From Candidatus Nanoarchaeia archaeon (lineage in GTDB: Archaea; Nanobdellota; Nanobdellia; SCGC-AAA011-G17; JACPNG01): 64,000 nucleotides of DNA. Position numbers and translations under genes: made by a program. The notes under the pieces were generated by a model, which saw only the letters and a list, made by a program, of their open reading frames with translations, was not told the DNA's origin and did not search any database. The stretch lies in contig JAQTMK010000004.1 of the NCBI GenBank assembly GCA_028714375.1, positions 3,608 to 67,607 on the forward strand, read 5' to 3'. Positions 9,104 to 20,887 of this stretch are shown here, piece after piece; the first letter of the stretch is position 1; each line of letters begins with the position of its first letter.

Positions 9104-9669
9104 TTTTTAACCTGCTTAGTTGGTTTTTCTCTCTTTTTTAAATCTTCCTCTATCCATTTTAAGTTACCTAGTGCAGCTTGCCTCATTGTTAAACCTATTT
9201 TTGGATTCTTAGGATCCTTGAAACTTACAGCAATTATTCTTGCTCTACACAAATCTCCAGATTTAAGAACTTTTTTAGATTGTTTTCCGGTCAGGACATT
9301 TGCCTTTGAAAAACTTACAAAATCATCCATTGTCTGAGAAATGTGAATCATACCGTCGATAGCACCCATATCCATGAATGCACCGAAGTCTGTGATATCA
9401 TTTATTTTTGTCAGTAATACTTCCTGAAGTTCTGGTTTGAAAATATAAAGCTTGAAAGATGTATCATAATAAGCTGCTCCGTCTCCCGGGATGATTACTC
9501 CTTCTCCAATATTTGTTATTTCAGAAACAGCGATAACAGCTCCGAGTTCTTTTGATATAAATCCCTCAAATCTTTCCTTAAGACTGGATAAGATTGCTTT
9601 TTTAGGATCTTCCTGGAATACATCCGGTGCAACTCTGACATGACTTCTTAATTCACTTTCGTAAAACAT
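9100..9669 (-). CDS. rpoE: RNA polymerase subunit E' (Rpo7)
   Basis: N-terminal Rpb7 fold plus an S1 domain (ITDFGAFMDMGAIDGMIHISQ). Confidence 0.9.
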   Translation of the reverse strand: MFYESELRSHVRVAPDVFQEDPKKAILSSLKERFEGFISKELGAVIAVSEITNIGEGVIIPGDGAAYYDTSFKLYIFKPELQEVLLTKINDITDFGAFMDMGAIDGMIHISQTMDDFVSFSKANVLTGKQSKKVLKSGDLCRARIIAVSFKDPKNPKIGLTMRQAALGNLKWIEEDLKKREKPTKQVKK

Positions 9670-9671
9670 TT

Positions 9672-10034
9672 TTAATTGAACCTCAAATATTTCTTTTGTC
9701 TCATTGTTATTATTTTTATATCTTTGCTTTTTAACTTTCTTCTTAATTCCTTGTCTAAAGTACAGACAATGAACTTTTCATTATCTGCCAAGTCTAAAAG
9801 CAAATCATCAACGTTTTTATTTCTTTCTGTTTTTATTATGTTTATATCCTTTGCTTTTATTATTGCTAGTGCAAGTTTTTCCTCTTTCTTGCCCTTTAGC
9901 TCTTCGATTGATTTGTCTAAAATATATAACTTGTATTTTTTATCTATTAGGTTATCCAATCCTGAAAAGATATCACACTTAATTTTTAATGGTGTTATTA
10001 AAAAATTGGTGTCTAATATTATTTTTTCAGGCAT
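9672..10034 (-). CDS. PIN-domain (Fcf1/Utp24-like) nuclease
   Basis: ILDTNFLI at the N-terminus and CTLDKELRRKL near the C-terminus. It sits at the conserved position upstream of rpoE' in archaea. Confidence 0.8.
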   Translation of the reverse strand: MPEKIILDTNFLITPLKIKCDIFSGLDNLIDKKYKLYILDKSIEELKGKKEEKLALAIIKAKDINIIKTERNKNVDDLLLDLADNEKFIVCTLDKELRRKLKSKDIKIITMRQKKYLRFN

Positions 10035-10189
10035 TTAAATCAAAACCGAGAAATTCCCTTTATAAATGTTTCGGTTTTTTTCAGTGATTTTTTTATGTGC
10101 CCTGTTTTATTTATAAATGCATCGCTTTTGTAAAAATTAAAATGCCTCTACAGGCTCCAATTCCTTCATATTTTGCCATTTCTGGCAGA

Positions 10190-10207
10190 GAAACCTTTAT
10201 AAATAAA
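10190..10207 (+). promoter_or_regulatory. Candidate BRE/TATA promoter for gyrB
   Basis: 'gaaacctttataaataaa' matches the recurring 'aaaccTTTAWAWA' element seen upstream of many genes here. A second TATA-like 'gtataaaa' is closer to the ATG, so the assignment is uncertain. Confidence 0.4.
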
Positions 10208-10248
10208 ATTCTGCCTTTTTGTATAAAATTGATTGTTTTTGGAGTTAA

Positions 10249-12141
<1,893 letters not shown>

Positions 12142-12142
12142 A

Positions 12143-14551
12143 ATGGCACAGGAAATCCAACAAAAATTAATTGAAGAAGAAATGAAGGAATCTTACATAG
12201 ATTATGCTATGAGTGTAATAGTTGGAAGAGCTTTGCCTGATATTAGGGACGGATTAAAACCTGTTCACAGAAGAATTCTTTTTGCAATGCATGAGATGGG
12301 TTTACAATCAAACAAACAATTCAGAAAATGTGCAAGAATTGTCGGAGACGTTCTTGGTAAATATCATCCTCATGGAGACACTGCTGTTTATGATTCTTTG
12401 GTCAGAATGGCTCAGAATTTTTCACTTAGATATCCTTTAGTTAACGGACAGGGAAATTTTGGAAGCGTTGACGGGGATAATGCTGCTGCTATGAGATATA
12501 CAGAGGCTAAATTAAGTAAAATTTCTGATGAATTATTGTTAGATATTGAAAAAGATACTGTAGATTTTACACCAAACTTTGACAATTCATTAAAAGAACC
12601 TTCAATCTTACCAGCTAAGTTACCAAACTTACTTGTTAATGGTTCAAGCGGTATTGCGGTTGGTATGGCTACAAATGTACCCCCACACAATTTAAGGGAG
12701 ATATGTCATGCTATAGTTGCTTTAATCGATAATCCTGAATTAGATATCAATGAATTAATAAATTATGTTAAAGGTCCGGATTTTCCAACAGGAGGGCAAA
12801 TACTTGGAGTTAGTGGAATAAAACAATATTATCTTACAGGAAAAGGAAGAGTTGTTGTAAGAGCCAAGACTGAAGTCAAGGATGATAAAATCATAATTAC
12901 TGAAATTCCATATCAGGTTAACAAGACAAGTTTAATAGAAGCTATTGCTGATCTTGTTAAGGAGAAAAGAATAGAGGGGATAAGGGACATCAGAGATGAG
13001 TCTGACAGAAAAGGAATGTCTATTGTTCTTGTTTTGGGCAAAAATTCTAACGCTGATGTAATTTTAAACCAACTGTATAAGCATTCTGCTCTTCAAACCA
13101 CTTTTGGGGTTATAATGCTTGCTCTTAAAGACAATCAGCCAAAAATTTTGAATCTGAAACAGATGCTTGAAAATTATCTTGAATACAGAAAAGAAATTAT
13201 TCTTAAAAGAACTGCCTATGATTTGGACAAGGCTGAAAAAAGAATACATATTCTTGAAGGTTTACTTATTGCCCTTGCAAACATAGACGATGTTGTTATT
13301 TTAATTAAAAAATGCAAAAATCCATTGGATGCAAAAAATGGCTTGATGAAAAAATATTCCTTAAGTGAGGAACAAAGCCAGGCTATCTTGGACATGAAGC
13401 TGCAGAGATTAACCTCTCTTGAGCAGGACAAGATTAAAGAGGAGGAAAAAGGACTTAAGAAATTAGTCAAGGAGCTAAAAGAAATATTAGGATCAAAACT
13501 AAAAGTCCTTGGAATAATCAAAGATGAATTAAAAGATTTGATTGAAAAATATGGAGACGACAGAAGAACTGAAATACTTACCAATATTGAAGAGGACATT
13601 GAGGTTGAGGATTTAATAGAAAAAAACGACGTAGTTGTTACTGCTACCTATACTGGATATATAAAACAGGTTCCTCTTGAAGAATACAGAAAACAAAAAA
13701 GAGGAGGAAAAGGAGTTACTGCTACTACAACTAAAGAAGAAGATATTGTTGAGCATTTATTTGTAACTTCGAATCACAATTATTTATTATTCTTTACAAA
13801 CAAAGGTAAGGTATACTGGCTAAAAGCATACCAATTACCTGAAGGTTCAAGATATGCAAAGGGAAAAGCAATCGTTAACTTGTTAAATCTGGATGAGGGT
13901 GAAAGAATAAGCACAATTTTACCTATCATTGAATTTAATGAAGGACATTATTTGTTATTTGCAACCAAAAAAGGTTTGCTTAAGAAAACTTCATTAAAAG
14001 ATTATTCTAATCCAAGAAAGGGCGGAATAAAAGCAATCAATCTAAAAGACGATGATGAAGTTGTAAAAGTAAGATTAACTCCTGGTAATCTACACTTTTT
14101 AATTGCAACCAAAAAAGGAAACGCTGTCAAATTTGATGAGAAAGATGTAAGAGATATGGGAAGAGGAGCTACCGGGGTAAGAGGAATAAGACTAAGCAAG
14201 AACGATGAAGTAGTTGGAATGGAAGTTGCCCTGGAATCAGGAGCTTTGTTAACTGTTACTGAGAATGGATTTGGTAAAAGAACTTTGATCTCTGAATACA
14301 GATTAATTAAGAGGGGTGGGAAAGGAGTTATCAATATCCAAACCAGTCCTAGAAACGGTAATGTTGTTGGGATAAAGACTGTCAGGGACGGAGATGAAAT
14401 TATTTTGATTAGCAAGAATGGAATAATTATAAGAATTGAAGTTACTGGTGTTTCACTTGTCGGAAGAAATACTCAGGGTGTAAGATTAATGAGACTAAAT
14501 GAAAAAGATAAAGTTACAACTATTGCGAGAGTGATGGTTAATGGTAACTAG
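12143..14551 (+). CDS. gyrA: DNA gyrase subunit A
   Basis: [18 protein letters not shown] (catalytic Tyr), and C-terminal beta-pinwheel repeats with a GyrA-box-like QKRGGKGV. Confidence 0.97.
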   Translation: MAQEIQQKLIEEEMKESYIDYAMSVIVGRALPDIRDGLKPVHRRILFAMHEMGLQSNKQFRKCARIVGDVLGKYHPHGDTAVYDSLVRMAQNFSLRYPLVNGQGNFGSVDGDNAAAMRYTEAKLSKISDELLLDIEKDTVDFTPNFDNSLKEPSILPAKLPNLLVNGSSGIAVGMATNVPPHNLREICHAIVALIDNPELDINELINYVKGPDFPTGGQILGVSGIKQYYLTGKGRVVVRAKTEVKDDKIIITEIPYQVNKTSLIEAIADLVKEKRIEGIRDIRDESDRKGMSIVLVLGKNSNADVILNQLYKHSALQTTFGVIMLALKDNQPKILNLKQMLENYLEYRKEIILKRTAYDLDKAEKRIHILEGLLIALANIDDVVILIKKCKNPLDAKNGLMKKYSLSEEQSQAILDMKLQRLTSLEQDKIKEEEKGLKKLVKELKEILGSKLKVLGIIKDELKDLIEKYGDDRRTEILTNIEEDIEVEDLIEKNDVVVTATYTGYIKQVPLEEYRKQKRGGKGVTATTTKEEDIVEHLFVTSNHNYLLFFTNKGKVYWLKAYQLPEGSRYAKGKAIVNLLNLDEGERISTILPIIEFNEGHYLLFATKKGLLKKTSLKDYSNPRKGGIKAINLKDDDEVVKVRLTPGNLHFLIATKKGNAVKFDEKDVRDMGRGATGVRGIRLSKNDEVVGMEVALESGALLTVTENGFGKRTLISEYRLIKRGGKGVINIQTSPRNGNVVGIKTVRDGDEIILISKNGIIIRIEVTGVSLVGRNTQGVRLMRLNEKDKVTTIARVMVNGN

Positions 14552-14794
14552 TTATGCATATATTCATATAGAATCTGAAAGTTTGTATAGTGAATGTTGC
14601 ATGTTGTTTAAGAACGCTGTTTTAAAATTAAATGATTCTCTTAATTCTTTTGATCCTCTGAAAGATGCTGAGTGGAAAATTACTGAATATTCTAATGGGA
14701 AAGAAATGAATTTAATTTTTATTAAAAACAAAGTTATTAGGAACAATAATCTAGAAAGTAAAGTTGATTAAAAGAAAAAAAAGAAAAAAGACAT

Positions 14795-15151
14795 TTAGTC
14801 TTTTGAAATTCTGTAGATTGCTTTCAATGCTGGTATGAATACTGCACCTGCAACGAAAACACCAAAGATGCTAAATGTGGTTGTTACGATTTTACCAAAT
14901 GTTCCTGGTAATACTGGGCCTAAACTAGCAAGTGCTATTGATCCAGATGTAAGTCCAATGGCTGCAATGATGAAGCTGGTTGCCTCTTTTTCAGTTACAT
15001 TTAGTATACCGACGACAAGTCCTAATATTGCCATGATAGCAATAATGGCTCCAAGTGAGCTACTGGTGTCTGAAAATCCTGTTATTACTCCAATGATCAA
15101 GGATAAAATAACACCTAAGATAAATGCCCACACTCCGATTTTTCCTGACAT
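14795..15151 (-). CDS. Small integral membrane protein, 118 aa
   Basis: Four hydrophobic G/A/I-rich helices and an AGGAGG Shine-Dalgarno upstream. The opposite-strand ORF 14835..15173 is its shadow. Confidence 0.6.
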   Translation of the reverse strand: MSGKIGVWAFILGVILSLIIGVITGFSDTSSSLGAIIAIMAILGLVVGILNVTEKEATSFIIAAIGLTSGSIALASLGPVLPGTFGKIVTTTFSIFGVFVAGAVFIPALKAIYRISKD

Positions 15152-15241
15152 TTTTTCATCTCCTCCTTTTTAGATAAATATATTCTGGGAAATTTATTTT
15201 CATTCCCTTAAATATAATAAATACTAGATTTATAAAAGTTT

Positions 15242-16471
15242 CTACTTTATCTCACCGTAGCCAATCAAACGCCATCTGTTTCCAAGAAGTCTTGAGATTG
15301 TTACTCTGTCTCCCTTGTTAGCGCAAACTGGAATTCTTAGATTTGATTTTATTAATTTATTTGAAAGTTCTAGTACAATTCCTATTGTAGCTGAAGAATT
15401 AACATTTAACATTAACATCTCTCCTTTTTTTATCGGATCTACAACCAATTCATCTTTTGCACCAACTACCCTCGTCAATAATTTTGGTTCAAAACTTAGT
15501 TGGTTCCAGACTGGAGGAAGTTTTCCTAATAAGCCCAGCATCTGTCCTGTCAATGAATCTGCTTTTACGATTCCGGGATCCAGTAATGTTGAAACTCCGA
15601 TTGAACCGCCAGGATGAACTTCATCAACTTTTGTTCCACCGGTGATTATTTCTTCTATCTCTGTGGTTATTGGTTCCCAAGTTACTTTTCCAGATTTTTC
15701 TTTCTTAATACCTGGTCTTATTTCTATTTTATCTTTAATTTTTAATGTTCCCTGTTTCAATGCTCCGCCTAAAACTCCTCCTGTTAGGGAATTTATCCCG
15801 GTTCCTGGTCTGTTTATGTCAAATGATCTTGCTATAAACATCAAAGGAATTTCTTTTGGATTTCTTTCAGGAGTTTCAAATTTTTCCTGTATTGTTTTTA
15901 TCAAAACATCAATGTTAACATTATGCTGTGCTGAAATTGGAATTATTGGTGCGTTTTCTGCTATTGTTCCTTTTATGAAATCTTTGATCTGTTTGTAATT
16001 TTTTAATGCCTGCTCTTCTGGAACCAAATCTATTTTATTCTGAACGATTATGATATCTTTTACACCTATGATTCCAAGAGCTATTAAATGCTCTTTTGTC
16101 TGAGGCTGAGGACATTCTTCGTTTGCTGCCACTAGTAGTAATGCTGCGTCCATTATTGCTGCACCTGACAACATTGTGGCCATAAGTGTTTCGTGTCCTG
16201 GAGCATCTATGAAAGAGACTTTTCTGAGTTCCTTGCACTTTGATTTACAGTCTGGACATTCTGGAACTGTCAAGAATTTATTTTTACATTTTGGACATTG
16301 GTAAAAAACAGCATCAGCATAACCCAATCTAATTGTAATTCCCCTCTTCATTTCTTCAGAATGAGTGTCTGTCCATTTTCCTGAAAGTCTTGAAACTAGG
16401 GTAGTCTTACCATGGTCTACATGACCTATAAGACCTATATTTATTTCTGGCTGCGAATCTTTTATGGACAT
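15242..16471 (-). CDS. eif2g: Translation initiation factor aIF2 gamma
   Basis: GHVDHGKTTL, DAPGHE and NKID GTPase motifs, plus the CPKC...CPDC zinc knuckle typical of aIF2-gamma. Confidence 0.95.
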   Translation of the reverse strand: MSIKDSQPEINIGLIGHVDHGKTTLVSRLSGKWTDTHSEEMKRGITIRLGYADAVFYQCPKCKNKFLTVPECPDCKSKCKELRKVSFIDAPGHETLMATMLSGAAIMDAALLLVAANEECPQPQTKEHLIALGIIGVKDIIIVQNKIDLVPEEQALKNYKQIKDFIKGTIAENAPIIPISAQHNVNIDVLIKTIQEKFETPERNPKEIPLMFIARSFDINRPGTGINSLTGGVLGGALKQGTLKIKDKIEIRPGIKKEKSGKVTWEPITTEIEEIITGGTKVDEVHPGGSIGVSTLLDPGIVKADSLTGQMLGLLGKLPPVWNQLSFEPKLLTRVVGAKDELVVDPIKKGEMLMLNVNSSATIGIVLELSNKLIKSNLRIPVCANKGDRVTISRLLGNRWRLIGYGEIK

Positions 16472-16508
16472 AATTAGAAATAACTTTGTTAGAGGTTTTT
16501 AAAGGTTT

Positions 16509-16805
16509 TTATTCCTGTTTGACTGTGACAACCAAATTTTCTTTTTGTTTTCCTTCAAGAGAAATATCCAAATTCTTTAATTTATTAATAACGAGATCTG
16601 CACCTGCCAAAAAGAAATCCACTCTCAAACCCTTAACAACAACTTTTTCTATACCTTTAAAGTCAAGAACTTTCAATGGAGCTTCTGTTGTCTTATGAGC
16701 ATCATTGATATTAAACAAAGCAATATTACATGGTCGGCCTAAAGTGTCTGTCTTAACCTCTCTTTTTGTCCTGCTTACAATTATGCACTTGGCCTTATAC
16801 TTCAT
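16509..16805 (-). CDS. Hypothetical small protein between rps6e and eif2g
   Basis: The ORF track gives 16509..16844. The internal MKYKAKC start (16805) reduces the overlap with rps6e to 11 nt. No family recognised. Confidence 0.45.
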   Translation of the reverse strand: MKYKAKCIIVSRTKREVKTDTLGRPCNIALFNINDAHKTTEAPLKVLDFKGIEKVVVKGLRVDFFLAGADLVINKLKNLDISLEGKQKENLVVTVKQE

Positions 16806-17205
16806 TTTTTTCAGCTTTCTCTTCAACCTTTGGTTCAATACCAAATAATTTTTCTATAGTTTCAGATCCATGCTTAGTTATTTTTAGATTAACCTGACTT
16901 GATTTAAGGGAAACTTGGTTTCCAACAACGGTTTTTCTTACCTTGTTTCCTTTTCTGTCAATATGAACGCCTGTACCTTTTGTCAAAAGTACTTTTTTTC
17001 TTGCCATACCATGAATATTTCTTAGTGATGGGAACCCAGAACTATCTGATGCTCCTGTAATTTCCAGTTCATAACCTTTTAATCCAAAATCATCTCCAGG
17101 AACCTGTTCTCCTAGTTTCTTTGATTTGAATGCAGTTGTTTCTAGTTCTTTCTTGTAGCTTTTCCCTGTTTTAGGATCGCTTATTGTTAGTTTAAATATT
17201 GCCAT
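16795..17205 (-). CDS. rps6e: Ribosomal protein S6e
   Basis: MAIFKLTISDPKTGKSYKKE...GYELEITGASDSSGFP...GNKVRKTVVGN is the S6e signature. A start at 17205 abuts the aIF5B stop. Confidence 0.9.
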   Translation of the reverse strand: MAIFKLTISDPKTGKSYKKELETTAFKSKKLGEQVPGDDFGLKGYELEITGASDSSGFPSLRNIHGMARKKVLLTKGTGVHIDRKGNKVRKTVVGNQVSLKSSQVNLKITKHGSETIEKLFGIEPKVEEKAEKNEV

Positions 17206-17207
17206 TG

Positions 17208-18926
17208 TTATACCCCCCATACTGGGTTGTTTTTTCGTTTAATTTCTGCTATTTCCCTCAAAACTTCGACTTCTTCTCTATTTAAATACTTTTTCAATTT
17301 CTTTAATTGGACAAAATCTGGCTCTGGTATCGAGGACAATAAAATATCAGCCTCGTTGATTTGCCTTCCTATTGTTGCCCCAGGGATAGCAATTGCTACC
17401 TGTTTGCCTTTTTCTGCTTCATTGACGTTTTCCCTTTCAAGCTGGATTTCTTTTATGGAACCTATATCTTTTCCGTCTTTCATAAGTGGAGTTCCAACCT
17501 TTATTTTTCCAACCAAAATTTCAACACCGAAAACTGCTGGATGACTTTGCCTGAAAACACAGTGTGGCAAAAATAATAATTTTGCTGGCCTTACAAGTTT
17601 TTCCAATACTCTTGATTCTGTTTTTTTAAGTTCTTCTTCACGCCATTTTTCAAATTCTTCTATCAGTCTGTAAATAACATTGTTTGTGATTGTTTTTACT
17701 TTTTTATCTGATTCGTCCTTAACATTAAAACCAAGGACTACTATACTTAACGGATCTTCCTCTGCCAGAGCTTCAGAAGAATCTTTTTTTGAAATATTTC
17801 CTATTGAAGCATGTTTGATCTTGAAACCTTTTTCCCTTAATAATCTGATTAGTGCTTCCAGAGATCCAAGTGAATCTGCCTTTACAATTATACCTTTATT
17901 ATCAATATCCAAAATTACTTCTTCAACCTCTTTCTGAATTTCTTCTTTTGCTTTTTCCAAATCTTTTTCAACTACTTTTATTGGCATACCTGAAAGAGCC
18001 CCTTCCAAATCTGTAGCATTTATTTTTATTCCAATAGCTGCATGAGCTTCCTTGACAGGAATTAATTTTGATTTTTCTTTCTGAAAAAGTCCTTTTATTT
18101 TTGTTGCAATTGGTTTTTCCAGCCCCCCAATAACTATCTGATCATTAATTTTTATTGTTCCATCATACAAAATAACATCTAATGTAGTCCCAACTCCTTT
18201 TTCCTCTGTTACTTCCATAATAGTTCCATGACCTGGACCGGTTACTTCTATTCTTAGTTGTTCTTCCAAATACCTTTGTGCAAGACCTGTTAATATCATC
18301 AGGATTTCCGGTATTCCTTCTCCGGTTTTTGCTGAGCATGGAATCAAAGCCATCTGTTTTGTGTAGTCGGTTATCCTGTCAAATCTTTCTGTCTTAACAT
18401 TTAACTCATATAATTGTCCCAAAATTTCATATAGTCTTTGGTCAACTTTTGCTTTTGTTTTTTCATTCTGCGAATTTATTGATTCTATCAAAGATTTATT
18501 TGGATTTGAAACCCACCCTTGATATAAATCAATCTTGTTTAATGCTATAACAAAAGGTGTTTTGTATTCTTTCAGAATTTCAATTGCTTCTTTTGTCTGA
18601 GGTTTAATTCCTTCATTAATATCTATTACTAAGACTGCCAAGTCTGCTAAGTTTCCCCCTCTTTTTCTTAGGTTTGTGAATGCAGCGTGACCCGGAGTGT
18701 CTAAGAATAATAAACCAGGAATTGTAATCTTAAATCCTAATTTATCTAATAATTTTCCTGTTATTTTTTTGATTAAATCCATATCTATTTTTGAGCAGGA
18801 AATACATTGAGTTATTCCCCCTGCTTCGCATTTAACAATAGCTGTTCCTCTAATCTTATCTAAAATAGAAGATTTTCCATGGTCTACATGACCTACAAAA
18901 GCTATTATTGGGGATCTGGTTTTCAT
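17208..18926 (-). CDS. infB: Translation initiation factor aIF5B
   Basis: RSPIIAFVGHVDHGKSSILD, DTPGHAAF and NKID, then a four-domain aIF5B architecture. No intein. Confidence 0.95.
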   Translation of the reverse strand: MKTRSPIIAFVGHVDHGKSSILDKIRGTAIVKCEAGGITQCISCSKIDMDLIKKITGKLLDKLGFKITIPGLLFLDTPGHAAFTNLRKRGGNLADLAVLVIDINEGIKPQTKEAIEILKEYKTPFVIALNKIDLYQGWVSNPNKSLIESINSQNEKTKAKVDQRLYEILGQLYELNVKTERFDRITDYTKQMALIPCSAKTGEGIPEILMILTGLAQRYLEEQLRIEVTGPGHGTIMEVTEEKGVGTTLDVILYDGTIKINDQIVIGGLEKPIATKIKGLFQKEKSKLIPVKEAHAAIGIKINATDLEGALSGMPIKVVEKDLEKAKEEIQKEVEEVILDIDNKGIIVKADSLGSLEALIRLLREKGFKIKHASIGNISKKDSSEALAEEDPLSIVVLGFNVKDESDKKVKTITNNVIYRLIEEFEKWREEELKKTESRVLEKLVRPAKLLFLPHCVFRQSHPAVFGVEILVGKIKVGTPLMKDGKDIGSIKEIQLERENVNEAEKGKQVAIAIPGATIGRQINEADILLSSIPEPDFVQLKKLKKYLNREEVEVLREIAEIKRKNNPVWGV

Positions 18927-18970
18927 AGGTTTAAGCAGAGGGAGAGAGCTTTTTAAAGGTTTTGAAAAGA

Positions 18971-19113
18971 TTTATAAATAAAACTAGAGTTAGTTTTCTA
19001 TTGAATTTTTGGCCTTTCAGGCATTTACTAAGGGGTGTTCTCTTAGATGGAACTTTGTTCCTGATTCTGGTTTGCCCGGAAGAACTAAAATAACTATTTT
19101 CTTGGAGGGATCT
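18971..19113 (+). promoter_or_regulatory. TATA box plus ~115-nt conserved 5' leader (copy A)
   Basis: 'tttataaa' lies exactly 143 nt before the ATG, as in copy B (45311). Shared elements are 'gttagtttt', the hairpin GCCT-loop-AGGC, CTAAG...CTTAG, 'C.GGAAG.AC' and 'AAATAAC'. The ORF-track TTG extension (19009) is this leader, not coding. Confidence 0.55.
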
Positions 19114-19683
19114 ATGAAAAGGTTTATTATCCTTATTTTAATCTGTTTTCTTCTTTGCTCAGCGACCTGTCGTGATGAGTATACTCCAGAACAGAAAACC
19201 TACTTGTCAAGAGAAACGCAGGATTGGGGAAAAGGATTCTTTTTTAGCATTGGAAATTCTGAGATATCTAAAATAATTGATCAGCTTAAAGAATACTCTG
19301 GAATTTCTTTTTCAGTCCTTTATGTCCAGACTTTTGAACTTGGAAAATCTATCTCGCTAGGACTTATATTTATTGATTTTTCTGTACTTGCAAAAGAAAA
19401 AGATATAATCGCGTTTGTTATGGCTCATGAAGTGGGGCATCAAGTCTTACGGCATTTTTTAGTAAGGAAGAACGGTCAGGCAGATATTAATTATAATACA
19501 GGGCAAATATTGGCAATGGAGCGAGAGGCTGATGCATATGCTGCAAGGTTTCTGTGTAAGTATGGATATGACATAGAGAAGGTATGTAATTTTGCGATAA
19601 CTATCCCTTTTTCAGATCCTGAACATGGAACTTGGCAGGAAAGAGTAGAACTTATCAAAAAAGTGGTAGAGAATTGTAAATGA
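19114..19683 (+). CDS. Secreted HExxH zinc metalloprotease (M48-like), paralog A
   Basis: Signal peptide MKRFIILILICFLLCSATC, then AHEVGHQVLRH and a downstream EREADAYA third-ligand motif. Paralogous to 45454..46293. Confidence 0.75.
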   Translation: MKRFIILILICFLLCSATCRDEYTPEQKTYLSRETQDWGKGFFFSIGNSEISKIIDQLKEYSGISFSVLYVQTFELGKSISLGLIFIDFSVLAKEKDIIAFVMAHEVGHQVLRHFLVRKNGQADINYNTGQILAMEREADAYAARFLCKYGYDIEKVCNFAITIPFSDPEHGTWQERVELIKKVVENCK

Positions 19684-19702
19684 AGGATGATTTTAACTGA
19701 TT

Positions 19703-19732
19703 GAAGGAAGTTTGTTCTTCCTTCTTTTTTTT
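19703..19732 (+). terminator. Hairpin plus T8 terminator, conserved with copy B
   Basis: 'gaaggaag-tttgtt-cttccttc' followed by 'tttttttt'. Confidence 0.65.
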
Positions 19733-19756
19733 GATTATAAAGTATATATAAGTATC

Positions 19757-20818
19757 TTAGAGATATTTATTCAAATTGATTTGAGAATATCCATTTATCT
19801 TTAGGAAAGGCATAGCTCTCTTGAGAATAATCCTGGTTTTCATTAAATCTTTTTTTGTGTTTAATTTTTCTTTTTTTCTGATCTCGATTATGTTTTGGGT
19901 TATTTTAGGACCAATTCCAGGAACTCTTAACAATTCTTCTTCAGAAGCTTCATTAATATCTATGGGTTTGTCAAAATAATTTTTAGCTATCAAAAACTTT
20001 GGATCTTTGTTTGGTAGCATATCATCAACTAAAATGTTTTTGAATTCATCAAACTTGAAATTATATTTTCTCATCAAAAAATCAACATTATACAATCTGT
20101 TTTGTCTGTATAAGGGGGTTGGTTCTTTGTTTTCCAGTTCTGAATTTTTAACTGGCTTGAAAGCAGAAAAATAAATTCTTTTTTGGTTCAGTTCTTCATT
20201 CTGAAACTTAATTGTTTTTAAAACTTCCAAATCTGTTTCATCTGAGGCACCAATTACCATCTGGGTTGTTTGATTAACATTTAATTTTTTAAGATAAAAC
20301 TGTCTTCTTACTAAATCTAGATTATAATCTTTGTTTGAACTTAAATCATCTAATCTTGATTTTGAAGTGGATTCAATATTAACACTCATCCTTTCAACAA
20401 GTTCTGACGCCTGTTTTATCAAATCATAACTAACTCCAGGAAGAACCTTGAAATGAACATATCCCTCGTAGTTATATTTATTCCTGATTAACTTAACAGA
20501 TTCTATCATTTTTTCTGTTACTTTGTCTGAATCATTTGAAACTGAAGAACTTAAAAATAAACCTTCTACTTTTTTTGTGTAAACTAGGTTCATAAAACTT
20601 TTAGCTAGTTCTTCTGGACTAAAAGAATCTCTTCTTGTTTTTGCATTTTTGGCTAAATTACAGTATTTACAATCAAATGTGCAGGAGTTTGTGTAAAGAG
20701 TTTTGTACAAAGGGCAGGTTCCTTTTGGAGTTGAAGCATCATAGATCATAGAAACATTATAGTTTGCTCCGCCACAAACGTCGTATTTATCATGGAGAAA
20801 AGTTTCTTTTTCTTTCAT
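19757..20818 (-). CDS. Radical SAM protein with C-terminal helix-hairpin-helix (putative DNA modification/repair type)
   Basis: CTFDCKYC (Cx3Cx2C) cluster near the N-terminus. C-terminal HhH motif LLRVPGIGPKITQNIIEIR. Confidence 0.7.
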   Translation of the reverse strand: MKEKETFLHDKYDVCGGANYNVSMIYDASTPKGTCPLYKTLYTNSCTFDCKYCNLAKNAKTRRDSFSPEELAKSFMNLVYTKKVEGLFLSSSVSNDSDKVTEKMIESVKLIRNKYNYEGYVHFKVLPGVSYDLIKQASELVERMSVNIESTSKSRLDDLSSNKDYNLDLVRRQFYLKKLNVNQTTQMVIGASDETDLEVLKTIKFQNEELNQKRIYFSAFKPVKNSELENKEPTPLYRQNRLYNVDFLMRKYNFKFDEFKNILVDDMLPNKDPKFLIAKNYFDKPIDINEASEEELLRVPGIGPKITQNIIEIRKKEKLNTKKDLMKTRIILKRAMPFLKINGYSQINLNKYL

Positions 20819-20887
20819 TCAGTTTAATTACATAATTTTGTTTAAAAGGTTTAAGTGCGGTTGTCGGGGATTTATATTGTAGAAAAT

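Noticed and set aside
14541-14771. 76-aa ORF overlapping the gyrA stop by 11 nt
   Set aside because: It has no promoter or Shine-Dalgarno that I can see and no recognisable motif, and an equally long antisense ORF (14564..14746) covers the same AT-rich spacer. It is left uncalled, but it could still be a real small protein.
16509-16844. Assigning the small ORF between rps6e and eif2g to a named family (DUF424, PUA or ASCH-like)
   Set aside because: I could not match any diagnostic motif with confidence, so it is reported only as hypothetical.
19009-19113. TTG-initiated N-terminal extensions of the metalloprotease ORFs (19009, 45436) and of the membrane ORF (31308)
   Set aside because: The extensions cover the conserved non-coding leader. 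An ATG followed by a typical signal peptide or TM segment and preceded by a GGAG-like Shine-Dalgarno lies downstream. The 'peptides' are not conserved between copies, whereas the nucleotide motifs are.
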